From the NCBI GenBank assembly GCA_023231475.1, contig JALJEE010002086.1, forward strand, positions 62,001 to 115,995: a stretch of DNA of 53,995 bases. Direction: 5' to 3'. This stretch comes from Seison nebaliae (Eukaryota). Made by a program: the position numbers and the translations under genes. Positions within the stretch are counted from its first letter, which is position 1. The number at the start of each line of letters is the position of its first letter. Shown here one piece after another: positions 14,318 to 26,459 of this stretch. The notes below the pieces were generated by a model, which worked only from the letters and a program-made list of their open reading frames with translations, was not told the DNA's origin and made no database searches.

Positions 14318-17300
14318 TTATGGAAAAGGACGTGGTCGGGGAATGAGTCTCCGAGGAGGATTTGGTGGTCGTGGATTACGTTTATTTGACGGTTTACTGT
14401 CCGGCCATTGGATTGGTTCAATTGTTGGTTGATCTAAAAAAGAAGAAATAAAAAATTTTGTGAAAAATCATTCTAACGACGTTGGGGAGAATTTGGTGTG
14501 GTTGAAGGTAGAAGGTTGGAGGAGGAAGCGGAGGTAGGACTGGGAATGATGGAAGAGATTGAATAAATGTTAGAAGATGTTAGACCGATGTCACTTTCCT
14601 CAAAAGTCGTTAACGCATTATTATTTTGATTGTGTGATTGATTGTTTGAGGTGAGAACGATTTTTGGTAAGTCGAAATCGTTTTCTGATGATTTTGTGTT
14701 ATTGGAAGACTCGTCGATGTCCAAAGGATCGTCGTCCGATGAAATGATGTCAATCTCGTCAGTCGAATTTGATTCGTCATGACTTATTCTCGATCTCTTC
14801 TCATCGACTTCATCCTCATCCATCGACCGTTTATTCCCGGTCGTATTACCATCATCTGATTGAGGAATGATATTTAAAGGATTATTCGTTGTTGATTGAT
14901 CAACATTATCTTTTTCTTCTTTGTCTGGATGAAGAGTCTTGTTGAAATGTTCCAGCGCTTTATTTCGACAATTTAATATGATATATTCTTTCTGTAACGA
15001 TTCGCGTTGTTTCTGCTCCTGCTCGTAATTCTTTCGATAATGAAGACACAATTGAGCAGTTTTTGAAAATTTCATTTTGATATTTTCCAATTCTTTAAAC
15101 TTTTCCATATTTACTGCATTCGTTTCATTCAACTTCTCCGTCAAATCTTCCCATTTCGTTTCAGACTGATAAGATGAACATTCGATTTTGTAGATTCTTT
15201 CAATTTCCTTCAAATTCTTCTCATATCTCTCATTCCTTTTCATCAATTCCTGATAATTCTTATTGAGATGAATGGTCATTCGATTACATTCTTCATTCGA
15301 CCGTGACAATTCCTCATTCATTCTCAACAACTCGTCATTCCTCCTCGTTATTTCTTCATAATTCCTATTCAATTCGTTATAATCATTTTCTAATTGTGAA
15401 ATCTCTTCCTTGAAACTCTCTTCAATCGTCTCATTTTTTGATAATTCTCTTCTCAATTCTTCTTTCTCATCCTCTACACTCTGCAACACCTCTGTCAATG
15501 GAACTGTTTGTCCATTTTCGCTCGTCAACGACGAATTCCAATGTTCAATTTCCTTTTCCGCTATAGCAAGTCGAGAGATCAATCGGAAGTTTTGTCTAGT
15601 AACATTTTCATAATTCTCTTCCACTTCGATCTGTCTCAATAACATGGATAGACATTGTGTGATACCTTCTTTCTCACATCGAATTTCTTCCACTTTCTCA
15701 TCAATTTCTTTTTCATATTTATTTATCCCAATTATATTCATCTCTCCTCCTTCTCTTAGAGTGGTTAATTCTATAATTATTCCATCAATTCGTTTCGATA
15801 TTGTTTCTTGTGATCTCTTTAAATTTTCTCCTTCCAATCGAATCTTCTCCAATTCTCTTTCATATTCATTTTCTAGATGAACGACGGTTTGATTCAATTC
15901 CTTCTTCTCCAAAGTTAACGTCTCTAACGTTTTCTTCAATTCTTCCATGGTCATGTTATTGGTAAATAATAAATTATTCGATTTCGTCTCATTTTCTAAT
16001 AGAATTCGATTATCTTTCTTCATATTCTCCAATTGTTCTTTCAAATCTTCCACATCGTTCGACTGATTCGTCATCGTTTCATCGAAGTATTTCAGTTTGT
16101 CATCATTCGATGAGACATGAAAATCTTTCTCGAAATCGTCACCATTCTTCTCAATCAATTCACATTTCAATTCGTTGTTCAATTTAATGAAATCGGCCAA
16201 TTTGACATCTTTCTCCCTCGTCACTTCTCTCAGATCGTCCAATTCTTTTCTCAATTCAACACTCTCTTCATTCCATGAAACTAAATCTTTATCTTTCTCT
16301 CTTATCTGGAATGCAATCGAATCGTTCAACAATCGATAATCTTCTTCCAATTGTTTATTGAGATCAATTGACTGATCTAAATTCTTTTGAATTGTATCAT
16401 GTTTCTCTCGTAACATTCGATTCTCTTTCAGTAACAATTCATGTTGTTTTTTCACATCGATTAATTGTGTTTCAAATAATGAAACAGATTTCCTATTCGT
16501 TACATTACTTTTATATTTACTGCAAACGGACATATCACTCTCATCATTTTTACTTTCACGTTCATTCTCCATCTCTTCATTCCCATCAATAATGATTTGA
16601 TCATATTCATTATATTTCAGTTTAATCTCATTCAACTTCTTCAACATTCTCCTCGATTCATTCCTCTCATCTTCCACCTCTTTCTTCAACTCATCCATTG
16701 AAATTCTATTCATTTTCATTTGATCACTTAACGTCTGGTTGATGGAAGTGATCTCTATTAATTGTCTTTCCAATTGATCGACAGTTGTTGAATATTGTAA
16801 ATTTTCCATGTGATGGAATTGTTCTTTTTCTTTCATCATCATCTTCACATCTTCTATTTCTTTCCTTAATTTCAAATTATCTTCATCAGATGTCGATGAC
16901 AATTTACTCTCTATACTCTCCAACTTCATTATGAGAGATCGTTGTGAATGATATTGCTGCTCAATCATCATATCCCTATTTAATTGCATTTCATCATATT
17001 GACGACGATAATGTCCTAAAGATATTTGAGACTTTTCATATTCTTTTCTCAATTCACTCAATTCTTGTCGGTCATTCAAAATATCTTTCTCTATTTTTAT
17101 CTTCTCTTCTCTCAATTGCTTGACAGTTTCCAAAAAATTCGTTTCCTTCTCTCCGAACAAATTCCGTTCGATAATCAATTCATTAATCTCCTTTTCATGT
17201 GTCGCATTATCAATCTGTGCGGTATCGTAAAGTATCTTTATTTCATTCAATTCATTACGCAATTTACATTCATCTAATTTGTTCTGTTCCATTTCCATCA

Positions 17301-19308
17301 ATTTATCAGATGATATCAAATTCCTATCAATTATTGTCAATCTCTCCTCTAATTGACTCCAATGATCAGATTTCTCTCGTAGCTCCACCACTTCCTCCGA
17401 TGTCAATTTCCATCGTTTCCGATATTCTTCACTCTTTTCCTTCTCTTGATTTATTTGTACATGTTGACGGATCTTTAACATTTCCAACATCTCAACCTTC
17501 TTCTCACTATTCTCTAATTTATTCATGATAATTCCATTCTTCTCCTTCCATTCCATTACAGTCTTATCAACGGCCTCCTTCACTTCACTCGTATGATTGT
17601 CAGTCATTTCACGAATTACTCCGATTATTCGTCGATTCTGCGTTTGTAATTCTCGAATATTTTTGAAGTGAATGAATTGTTTCGTGATTTTCGATTGAGC
17701 ATTAAGCGATGATTGAAGGATTTGAGGCGAATTCTCTACATCCTCTTGTTGATCATTCAATAAATTCTGTATTTGTGACGACAAATCACCATTCAATTGT
17801 TCCACATTTTCCTTCTCCTTCAACACTTTTTTCAATTCACTTTCAACATTCTCTAATTTCTCCTGGACACATTTGAATTCTTTTTCAAAATCTTTATAAT
17901 TCTTTTCCGATTTCTCCAATTTCATCTTCATCTTATTATATTCCTCCTTCCTCTTCATCAACAATGGAGTTTTCTGATAATTATATTGTTGGAGATCCGT
18001 CAACATTCGTTCGGAAAGTCGTCGTTTATGTTGTTCTCCTTTCAATTCGAGGAGATTGTTCTGATATTGAGTGAGAATTTGTGTCAATCGCATTCCTTCC
18101 TTTAAACTCCCAAGAATATTATCTTCTTCATTGAATTGCATGGCAAGTGGAAATCGTTTCCTCACCTCCTTCACATCCAACAACTCACTTATTCTCAACT
18201 CATGACGTTTATTCGATTCACAAATTTTCAATGTCTTATTTGCCATCTCTAATTCGCATATCAATTCCTTATTTTCTTTCATTGTTATTTTCACCGATTC
18301 TTCCGACGAACGAATTGTTGATTGTAATTCATCCATTTTCTTCCAATAATTCTCTTCATTTTTCTTCAAATTATCATATTCTTCACTCCATTGATTCTTT
18401 AAATTCACCATTTCCTCCCTTTTCGTTCGTTGATAATCATTAAACAAATTAGTGATTCGTTCTAATTCTTTCTCTAATTTCTTCTCACTCTCCACCAAAT
18501 GTCGATTCTCCATTTCGTATCTCGTCTTTTCCAAAATTAGTTCACATTCAACATTTTTCCTTTCTCTCATTTGTCTATGACGATTATCTTCCATCGTAAC
18601 CAATCGTTGACATTTAAGATTCATTGTATCCAACTTCTTCGTCAATTCCATCGTTTTTGATAAAGATTCCGTCTCAATTTGCTGTCGATCCATTTTTACT
18701 TCATCCAATTCATTCATCCGTCTCATTAGTTCACTCCTCAATTGTTCGATATCAACCTCATAACCATAGCTTCGTCTATTTACCTCATCCAATTGTAATT
18801 TTTGCGTCATCGATTCTGCTAGTAAATTTGCCATTTTCTCATTCAAAAACATGATCTCTTTAGATTTCTCTTGATTACTCACACGTAATTCTTTAACCAC
18901 TCTCTCATATTGATAATTCGCTTCCACATATATCACATTCGATCTCCTTGACTTCTCTAATTCTTCATGGAAATTTTGTAACTCTTTTCTCGTTCTCTCC
19001 AAATCATAACTCAAAATTTTCTCCTTTTCTCTCAGATCTCTATTCTCTTCCGATGAAATTTTCAATCGTTTCTCTTCTTCTCTCAACATTTCCATTGTGC
19101 AATTATAATCTTTCTTAGCATTGTCGAATTCGGATTGCATCTCTTTCAACTTCCACTTCCATCCACAACGATCCTCTTCATTCTTGAAATTTAGTGATTT
19201 GATCTCATCTCTCAATTCTTGGTCTCTCGAAACAATTCTTTCTTTCAACCGCTCATCCATTTCCCTCCATTTCTCTTCATCAACAATCTGTTCTATTGGT
19301 GTCTCCAT
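14318..19308 (-). CDS. TPR: Nucleoprotein TPR/Megator (nuclear basket coiled-coil protein); exons 19308-14478 and 14433-14318
   Basis: About 1600 aa of coiled coil with Tpr-like blocks GMRLTQILTQY...KTPLLMKRKEEY and FIHFKNIRELQTQNRRIIGVIREM, followed by an acidic/Ser-rich tail. Likely start METPIEQIV at 19308. A 44-bp intron (14434-14477, gttaga...ttag) adds a Pro/Arg-rich last exon. Confidence 0.85.
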
Positions 19309-20349
19309 ATCACCAATTTCGAACAACTTAAATATTATTCATAAAATTAACTTATCCGAAGCTTAAAATTTCAAACAACAACTTTTAACTATCAATCAAT
19401 CAAAACGAGACTACTCTATACATGAATATTTCCCGCTTCAAAATAAATAACAATAACTTACCTTTATTTTTCATCCTTCTCATAAATATGAAATGAAAAT
19501 TTATCGTAAACACTTTAAAAATGATTCTAGTTAAAAATAGTGTTGATTCTGTGGGATTTTTTTTCAAATGCAGAGGCTTGGTGCGCACTTGACAGTAACG
19601 TCGAAAAAAGTAGAATGACTGAAAACATCTGAAATTGGAAGAACATTCTAACTTGTGGAATAAACATCTGCTGTCGCCTTAATTGACAATCGAAAAGCAC
19701 ATAGGTCCGACAATTGTTATTGTTTCATGTATCATAGTATCATTAAATTGTTAAAGTAGTGGAAGAAATAATTTTAATTCGCTTCACGTCAGAACTATGT
19801 TCAAGTGACTACTAATTCCCATATCGATTTTCCACCAGGGGTAGGTTATTCTTACTCTTTAAAATCAATCTGATAAGTATGGAAATCGACAAGGACGTTC
19901 GGAAATATATTGGCTAGAAGATAGTGTAAAAAAAATTATACATATTTGTAATTAATGTACATTTTCGACCAAGGTTTTTTTCCAAAACAATAAGCTTTTC
20001 TATCCCTAATTTTATCCGACACAAAAATAGTCTATTACTAATTGCTGGAAGAACACATTCTTAAATTCATCAATGAAAAAAAATGGAATCCAAAGAAAAA
20101 ATATGTGGATTAGAATCGTTGGATTCGGTTTTGGAAGAAGTTACGTGTTCGTTTTATTTCGAACATTCTTCATATCCAATATTACGACAATATCAATTAT
20201 GATGTATTATAATTTCCGAAATGTAATTTATAATTTTATTAGAAATTTTCGAGAGCGATTCAGCGAATTAAATTCTTCTTTATATTACAAAGCGACAACA
20301 CAATTAATAGCAATTTTTTTTCAGGAAATAACTTGCGAATTTGATTTCC

Positions 20350-21587
20350 TCTAGAAGGAAATCCACAATGAATTGAACGTAATGAGATGTGACATTATCA
20401 TTCGGACTAATGAATTTGCTTGGTGAATTTCGTTGAAAATCGATCTGAAAAAGAGTCTGATGACATATGTTCCTTATTAAATAGAAAGGATAAAAAATTT
20501 GTATTCCAAACTCAAATTCGTCATCGCAGACGAAATGAATGAACGTCAGGAGTCGATAAATTTTGGCCAATCAGCGAGGTTTCTTGAGTCGGAACCTGAA
20601 AATGAGGAATATGAAAACGTGTTTACCCCTACAATTGATGCTAGTCCTGTTGTTTCCATTCACGATTATTCAGAGAGCGATAAGGAGAACTATGATGATG
20701 ACTTCTAATTTGATGATGATGATGAAGTTTATACGACAGATGATGATGAATATGATGCAGATCACATCGTGAAAGAGAAGATCGAAAGAGAAGAATAGAT
20801 AGCGCCATCGATAATTTTCTTCCATGAAAAATTGTTTCTCCCATTTGAAAAATAAACAACATATTCGAAATATTGAAGACGTGGTTATTAAAAATCGATG
20901 AAGGAAGTTTCAATTTTCGAAATGGGCAAATCTTCTTCACGAGAAGTACATTGAACTACGAATGAAGAACGCCATAATTCATACAGATGGTCTTATCAGA
21001 ATCGCATATGAGATCAACGACAATTCCGAGAAGCCGATTGAGAATTTTAATGGATAAAATTATGCCTTATTCCCGCCTGCAATCAAAATCAGAAAACCTT
21101 ACTTTTGGTGGATGGTTGGAGAGGTTTTCGGAATACGGAGGAGTTTTTGAGTGGAGAATTCGGAAACTCCAACATACATGTTCGCCATATTCCCGATAAA
21201 ACAACTTATTTGGCGCAACCGCTTGATGTTTATGGTTTTCGTCTTTGGAAGACATTTATTTGGCGAATTACACAACATATTCTTCCTCGTAGAAATGATA
21301 TAAAAATCCATAACCGTCAAACAATAATTAAAATACAATCGTTAGTTTATCTCCAATTATCCGCCTGAAGTTTTAAAAAATTATTCCAAGTTGGCTGGAA
21401 AGTGACCTGATATATCGAAAGAGAGCCGGATGAAGAGAAACACCGAATAGTCGACGAAATCTACTTTAAATTTCGTATGGAAAATTGTTCGAAACATTCT
21501 AACACTACATCTTTCTTCAGGTGCGGCCGTTGTAATCTATTCTTGTGTTTCGGGTGTTTCTACGACGACCACCATTTGTGCACATAG
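20350..21587 (+). mobile_element. Decayed pogo-like (Tc1/mariner superfamily, DDE_1) transposase
   Basis: HTH-like segment ELRMKNAIIHTDGLIRIAYEIN, catalytic region VDGWRGF...HIPDKTTYLAQPLDVYGFR (37 aa between the two Asp) and a C-terminal Cys cluster CSKH...RCGRCNLFLCFGCF. Contains stops and frameshifts. No TIRs were found and the left boundary is approximate. Confidence 0.75.
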
Positions 21588-21793
21588 GTGTGATTATTCC
21601 TATTTATTCGTGTCATTTTCCATAATTAAATTCAATCATTTCATTCGATCAATTAGATGAACAACTTGAAATCGATACTATTCAAATTTATTCAAAAACG
21701 AAATGATATGAAATCAATTTGTATGATAATGAAGGAGATTATTGGAAATGAAGAACATTTGAAATTATTTAATTTATTTATTTTCGATTCCAA

Positions 21794-22187
21794 ATTGTTG
21801 ATTGATATTATATCGATTATATCCGAATAAATCTCGATTAAGATTAATATTTTACGATGATACCATCATTCCATGGAAACTTCTCATTCTGAAATTGTCC
21901 AATCTTCTAATTGTCCAATTGTCTTTCTTGACTATCACCCAGATAAATGATGAATCAAATAAACAAATTCAACGATCGAATGCGACATTTGAGCGATTAG
22001 AGAAGAATTGACAGAATATTAGTATTTTTCGTTCCATGCCACAAATACATCAATCCACAAATCTTGAACTAATTCTTTTTATTTTCCATTCCATATTGTT
22101 GATTGATATTATATCGATTATATCCGAATAAACCTCGATTAGGGTGAACATTTGACGACGACACCATCGTTCCATGGAAACTTCTCA
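21794..22187. repeat. 93-bp direct repeat (21794-21886 and 22095-22187)
   Basis: attgttgattgatattatatcgattatatccgaataaa...ccatggaaacttctca occurs twice, 301 bp apart, with scattered substitutions. Confidence 0.9.
21925..22050 (-). pseudogene. Possible PARP catalytic-domain relic
   Basis: The minus frame reads MYLWHGTKNTNILSILL*SLK...IIYLGDS, resembling the PARP signature WHG[ST]xxxNxxxILxxGL...GIYFAD. His-to-Tyr spacing is 31 aa and there are two in-frame stops. Confidence 0.45.
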
Positions 22188-22483
22188 CAATTAATTGACA
22201 TTGTCGAACAGATGTAAGCCAGATATCTAAGAGGGTCTTAAAAATGTCTCAGACAAAAAGAACACTGGAACACCATGTAAGAAAGTAAATGGTACTATCA
22301 TCAAACTTTCCTCTTCCCAATTCTGAGAGAGAGACTCAACGTATATTATTACTTTCAGCATATTTCTTCACTTTAAGAAATTGCTACCGAAAAGTTTAAA
22401 TTGTGCATCAAAAAACTAAAAAAGTTTATTACTTTGAATTCTCTTTAAAAGGTTTAATAAAGGAATTTCTTCTTTTTCATAAA

Positions 22484-24084
22484 TTACGGATTGAAGTAAA
22501 CATGTTTTTGCAAATATCCATGGGCTTCCGTTATCTGGGAATACTGGACGTCGTGTAATGGAGATTGAGATCTGCAGACCATGTCCTTTTGAATCTGTAA
22601 TGAATAAAAATATATGTTAGACGATGATGATAAAGAAAATTTTATTAATTCTTATAGAAATAACATAATTTTTTCTAAAGAAAAAATAAGAATTATGTAA
22701 AAAAAAGTGATAAATTCGTTTCTTTTATTATTTTTCATTAAGTCAACTAATAATGAATTAGTAAAATTTTAACTAACTAATTTGGTGAGGCTGTCGAGTG
22801 TATTAGCGTGTGCATATTGGAAAAAGATTGTATAAAGTGATTCGATGAATCTGGATCCTGTATCTTCCATCCTATATGACACATGACCAGGTATCGTCGA
22901 ATAGAAGACGAAGAAGTCCAATCTTTTCGGAAGTTCGAGTGTAATATCCCTGGTGATATGTGTGTTCTTGGTGGGAGTATTGAGGGCAACAGCCAAATCC
23001 GATTTCAATTTAGCATACATCTCCTGTTCGTTCAGTCTCGTTTCTTCGGACTCGGCACCACGACAAGATTGAATGAAAAATAATTTGGGTTTGTTCAACA
23101 GAATTTGATTGAAATTATCGAAAATTTCCTTTAACTGATAAAGAATGATGAAAGTAAACAAATGAACGAAGGAATAACTCCCATGGGATATCCGTCACAG
23201 AAATAAATTTTATCGACATCCCCATGACTTAGAATACATACGATGAGAGCATCAAATTCATTTGCGTTTGATCGCTTAGCGAAATCTTTTAAACATTCTT
23301 CAGCGAACTGAAAGAGATGGAAAAATTGAGAAGAAGAATTAGATTAAACGTCGAGTGTGCCATTTTGGAGAACGAAGACATTAAAATTCAATTCTTGCCA
23401 TAAATGAATTAAACGATTGCGGTCAATATCGGAACCGATTCTATTGGAGAAAGTAGTGTTCTTATAAAAGACGTTGTTGATTATCAAAACATTTCCATGC
23501 GGTTCATTATACATTGAATAATAGCCCACGTTGTTCTCGTTTTCCATTTGATTTATTGATTTGTTGACGGTAGGAGATTGAATGTTCTGATTGAATGTCG
23601 AACTGACATATGAAGAATTCCTAACAATTCGACTGGAAGTAATAAACTCACATTGACATTCATCTATCGTCAATTTTGATCTGATATTATCATTCGATGA
23701 ATTAAAAACATCATTCGTCATTTTATACAAATTATATTTCAATTCAACAATTTGATCTGATTTCAACATGAATCCATTTAATTTGTGCAATTCATTCCGA
23801 AAATAATCCAGCACCGTCTTATTCTCGTTCAAATTAGTGTCCAACACATTGAGAAACTGAAAGAATATTTTCTTACTAAAATGTTTCCAGATATGTGTGT
23901 GAAGTGTCCGAATTGCATATGTCTCATTTTGAGAATTATCCACCTTAATTTTGGGAAGATATCGACGTGTCATCTTTTCAATCAACTTTTTTGGATTGTG
24001 CAATTCATTCAAGAGGACGAGTCTCGATCCTAGCCAGATGTCTAATAAATCCGAATGTTCATTATTTCCTTCTTCTTTCTTCAT
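22484..24084 (-). CDS. Caspase with long N-terminal prodomain (initiator type), ~443 aa; exons 24084-23350, 23307-23179, 23134-22778, 22594-22484
   Basis: p20 motifs GNVLIINN, RIGSDIDR, catalytic ILSHG and KPKLFFIQSCRG; p10 motifs DFFVFYSTIPGHVSYR, GSRFIESL and terminal KHVYFNP*. Three phase-0 introns of 42, 44 and 183 bp. Confidence 0.92.
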
Positions 24085-24569
24085 TCTTAATCTACCGATG
24101 TGACAAACCTAAATGTTCAATATCAATCAATTAAACTTAAATTTTTAAATGTTCTTCTTATTTCACATTCATGCATTTACTATCCTCATTAATTCATTCG
24201 ATTACAACATGTATTCCTTTTTCAAAATTTTAAATGAACAAAAAAACTATTGAAATATTTCTTAATTTTCATCATTTTTTCACACAATGGTTCTTTATGA
24301 GATTTCTATCAATTAGAAGCCTTACTTTCAAGCAACCACCTCATTTGACACCTCCCATGGCAAACGACTATTTTATTAATGTGATATTTCATACAACATT
24401 CATCGACAACGGAAATCTCAGTTCAAGTCATTCAAAATTTAAAAAAAATTTAAAAACTTTATACAAATCTTGCTGAGAGAAAGTTGATCTAATACCAATC
24501 AATTCCAAATTCAGAATAAATAATAGTTTCATATCAATAAATTAAGCACATAAATATAATATCCTAAAT

Positions 24570-25846
24570 TAGTGCTGTGAATATGATCCGTGAGTCCAAA
24601 GTGATAAGACTCGAGTCCTCCATACATTTTGGAAAAAAAATGCCTACACGAAAAAAAAAAATTTCTGAAGAAAGATGTAGTGTTAGAATGTTTCGAACAT
24701 TTTTCCATACGAAATTTAAAGTAGATTTCGTCGACTATTCGGTGTTTCTCTTCATCCGGCTCTCTTTCGATATATCTGGCCACTTTCCAGCCAATTTGGA
24801 ATAATTTTTTAAAACTTCAAGCGGATAATTGGTGATAAACTAACGATTGTATTTTAATTATTTTTTGACGGTTATGGATTTTTATATCATTTCTATGAGG
24901 ATGCAATTTGGAAAAGCTATAAGCCAGACTCATGCTTTGGCTCGAGTCCTCTCATGAATCGGAATCGATTCCTCTCTTTAGCATGGTCTTTAGCTTTAGA
25001 CAAAATTCGATATTTTTTAATTGCTCATAACTTTCTTCAAATAGCATTATATGCTTAAGGGAGCACACTGTTAGATAGCCCAGTTCAAGCTCTTACAATC
25101 TTTTCAAATAGTTCTAACTTCGACAAAAATAAATTTAAAAATCGTCGTCAAATAATCGACTAATTAACAAACTTCATTTTCCTCAATTTTTGAGATTCGA
25201 AAATCATATTTTAGGTTGAGAAATTTTAAAAATATCTAATTTTAAGTAAAATATTCGGGTTCAGCATGAAAAACTGATACAGAATATTAAAAAAAAAATT
25301 TTAAATATCCAATAATTACGTAATTATTGAGCATTGTTCGAAAAGGGGTTTTTTGCATTATCCAAGAAATTTTACTTGATTAAAAAATTTAAATTGCCCT
25401 ATCTTCTTCAGCATCATCGATAACCCAGAAATGCATATTCTTATTAAAATTGGTAACATACAACCATATTTTTTTTGCATTTTTTGTGCAAACCTTTAAA
25501 CGCTCAGCACGGTACCTAATTTGGAATCGATTTTTATAAAATGGATCGCAAATTGATTGCTTACTATTTTTTAACTTATGTTTAAAACTTCATGTCAATA
25601 ACGTCGATATTCTTCATTTTATGGATAAAAGTATAAGAAACATTTTTTAAGTTTTTCTATGGTCACTTAGAGAGGAATCGATTCCGATTCATGAGAGGAC
25701 TCGAGCCAAAGCATGAGTCTGGCTAATAGCTTGGCTCGAGCCTTGTATGTATATGACGCTTAGCATGTCTGGATTTTTTTTTTCCAAAATGTATGGAGGA
25801 CTCGAGTCTTATCACTTTGAATTCACAGATCATATTCACAGCACTA
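24570..25846. mobile_element. Non-autonomous hAT-like element with two nested inverted-repeat pairs
   Basis: ~70-bp TIRs tagtgctgtgaatatgatc...catacattttggaaaa (24570-24640 / ~25775-25846) and an inner IR pair at ~24916-24977 / ~25669-25732. TAG...CTA termini. Flanks atcctaaat (left) and atcctaat (right) fit an 8-bp TSD with a 1-nt indel. Confidence 0.8.
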
Positions 25847-26459
25847 ATCCTAATCTAGAAGAACAATCTTTTTTTTTTTAAATTGAAATACCCGTTGGTA
25901 TAAATTGAAAGTTTGGATTGAACTTCCTTACGATCAGTGGTAGGAGCCTACGCACGCACCATAATTATGGAATTCTGGAATTTAAAGATAATCTAATAAT
26001 AAAGTAGAATTTGGAAGATGAATCAAAAATCGCCCATATATTGTTAATCGATAGTTGGAACTTAATTCTAATTGAACAATATTTTAATCTAGATGTTGGA
26101 CAGTTTTTCATAATGTCACAATATTCGATTATGAGACTTGACATATCTAATAAATTAACGGGGATAAGAGAAGCGGCAAGAGAAGGATGTTGAGAAGGAA
26201 TATAGTAAGTTTGTTGAATTAAAGGAAATAATATGTGGCATTGAGAATCGGATTCATTTGTTTACGAATCCTTGAATATAATTCTTATTTTTCGTTATGA
26301 TTAACATAGTAATAATGTACACATAAGTGAGAATTGGATGAGGTGTAAATTGAAATTATAAAAAAATATATTAAAATAAGTTGTTGAGGAGTTTTGGTGA
26401 TTGTCAATTAAAGCGGATAACTTCCCATTCTTTGTTACTTCTACTACTATCATCATTGA

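Noticed and set aside
15410..19366. Many Ser/Phe-rich plus-strand ORFs
   Set aside because: They are antisense to the Glu/Lys-rich Tpr coding sequence.
21360..21415. In-frame TGA codons in transposase and pseudogene frames suggesting stop-codon reassignment
   Set aside because: TAA and TAG stops and frameshifts occur in the same relics, and the long intact ORFs are open under the standard code. This is ordinary decay.
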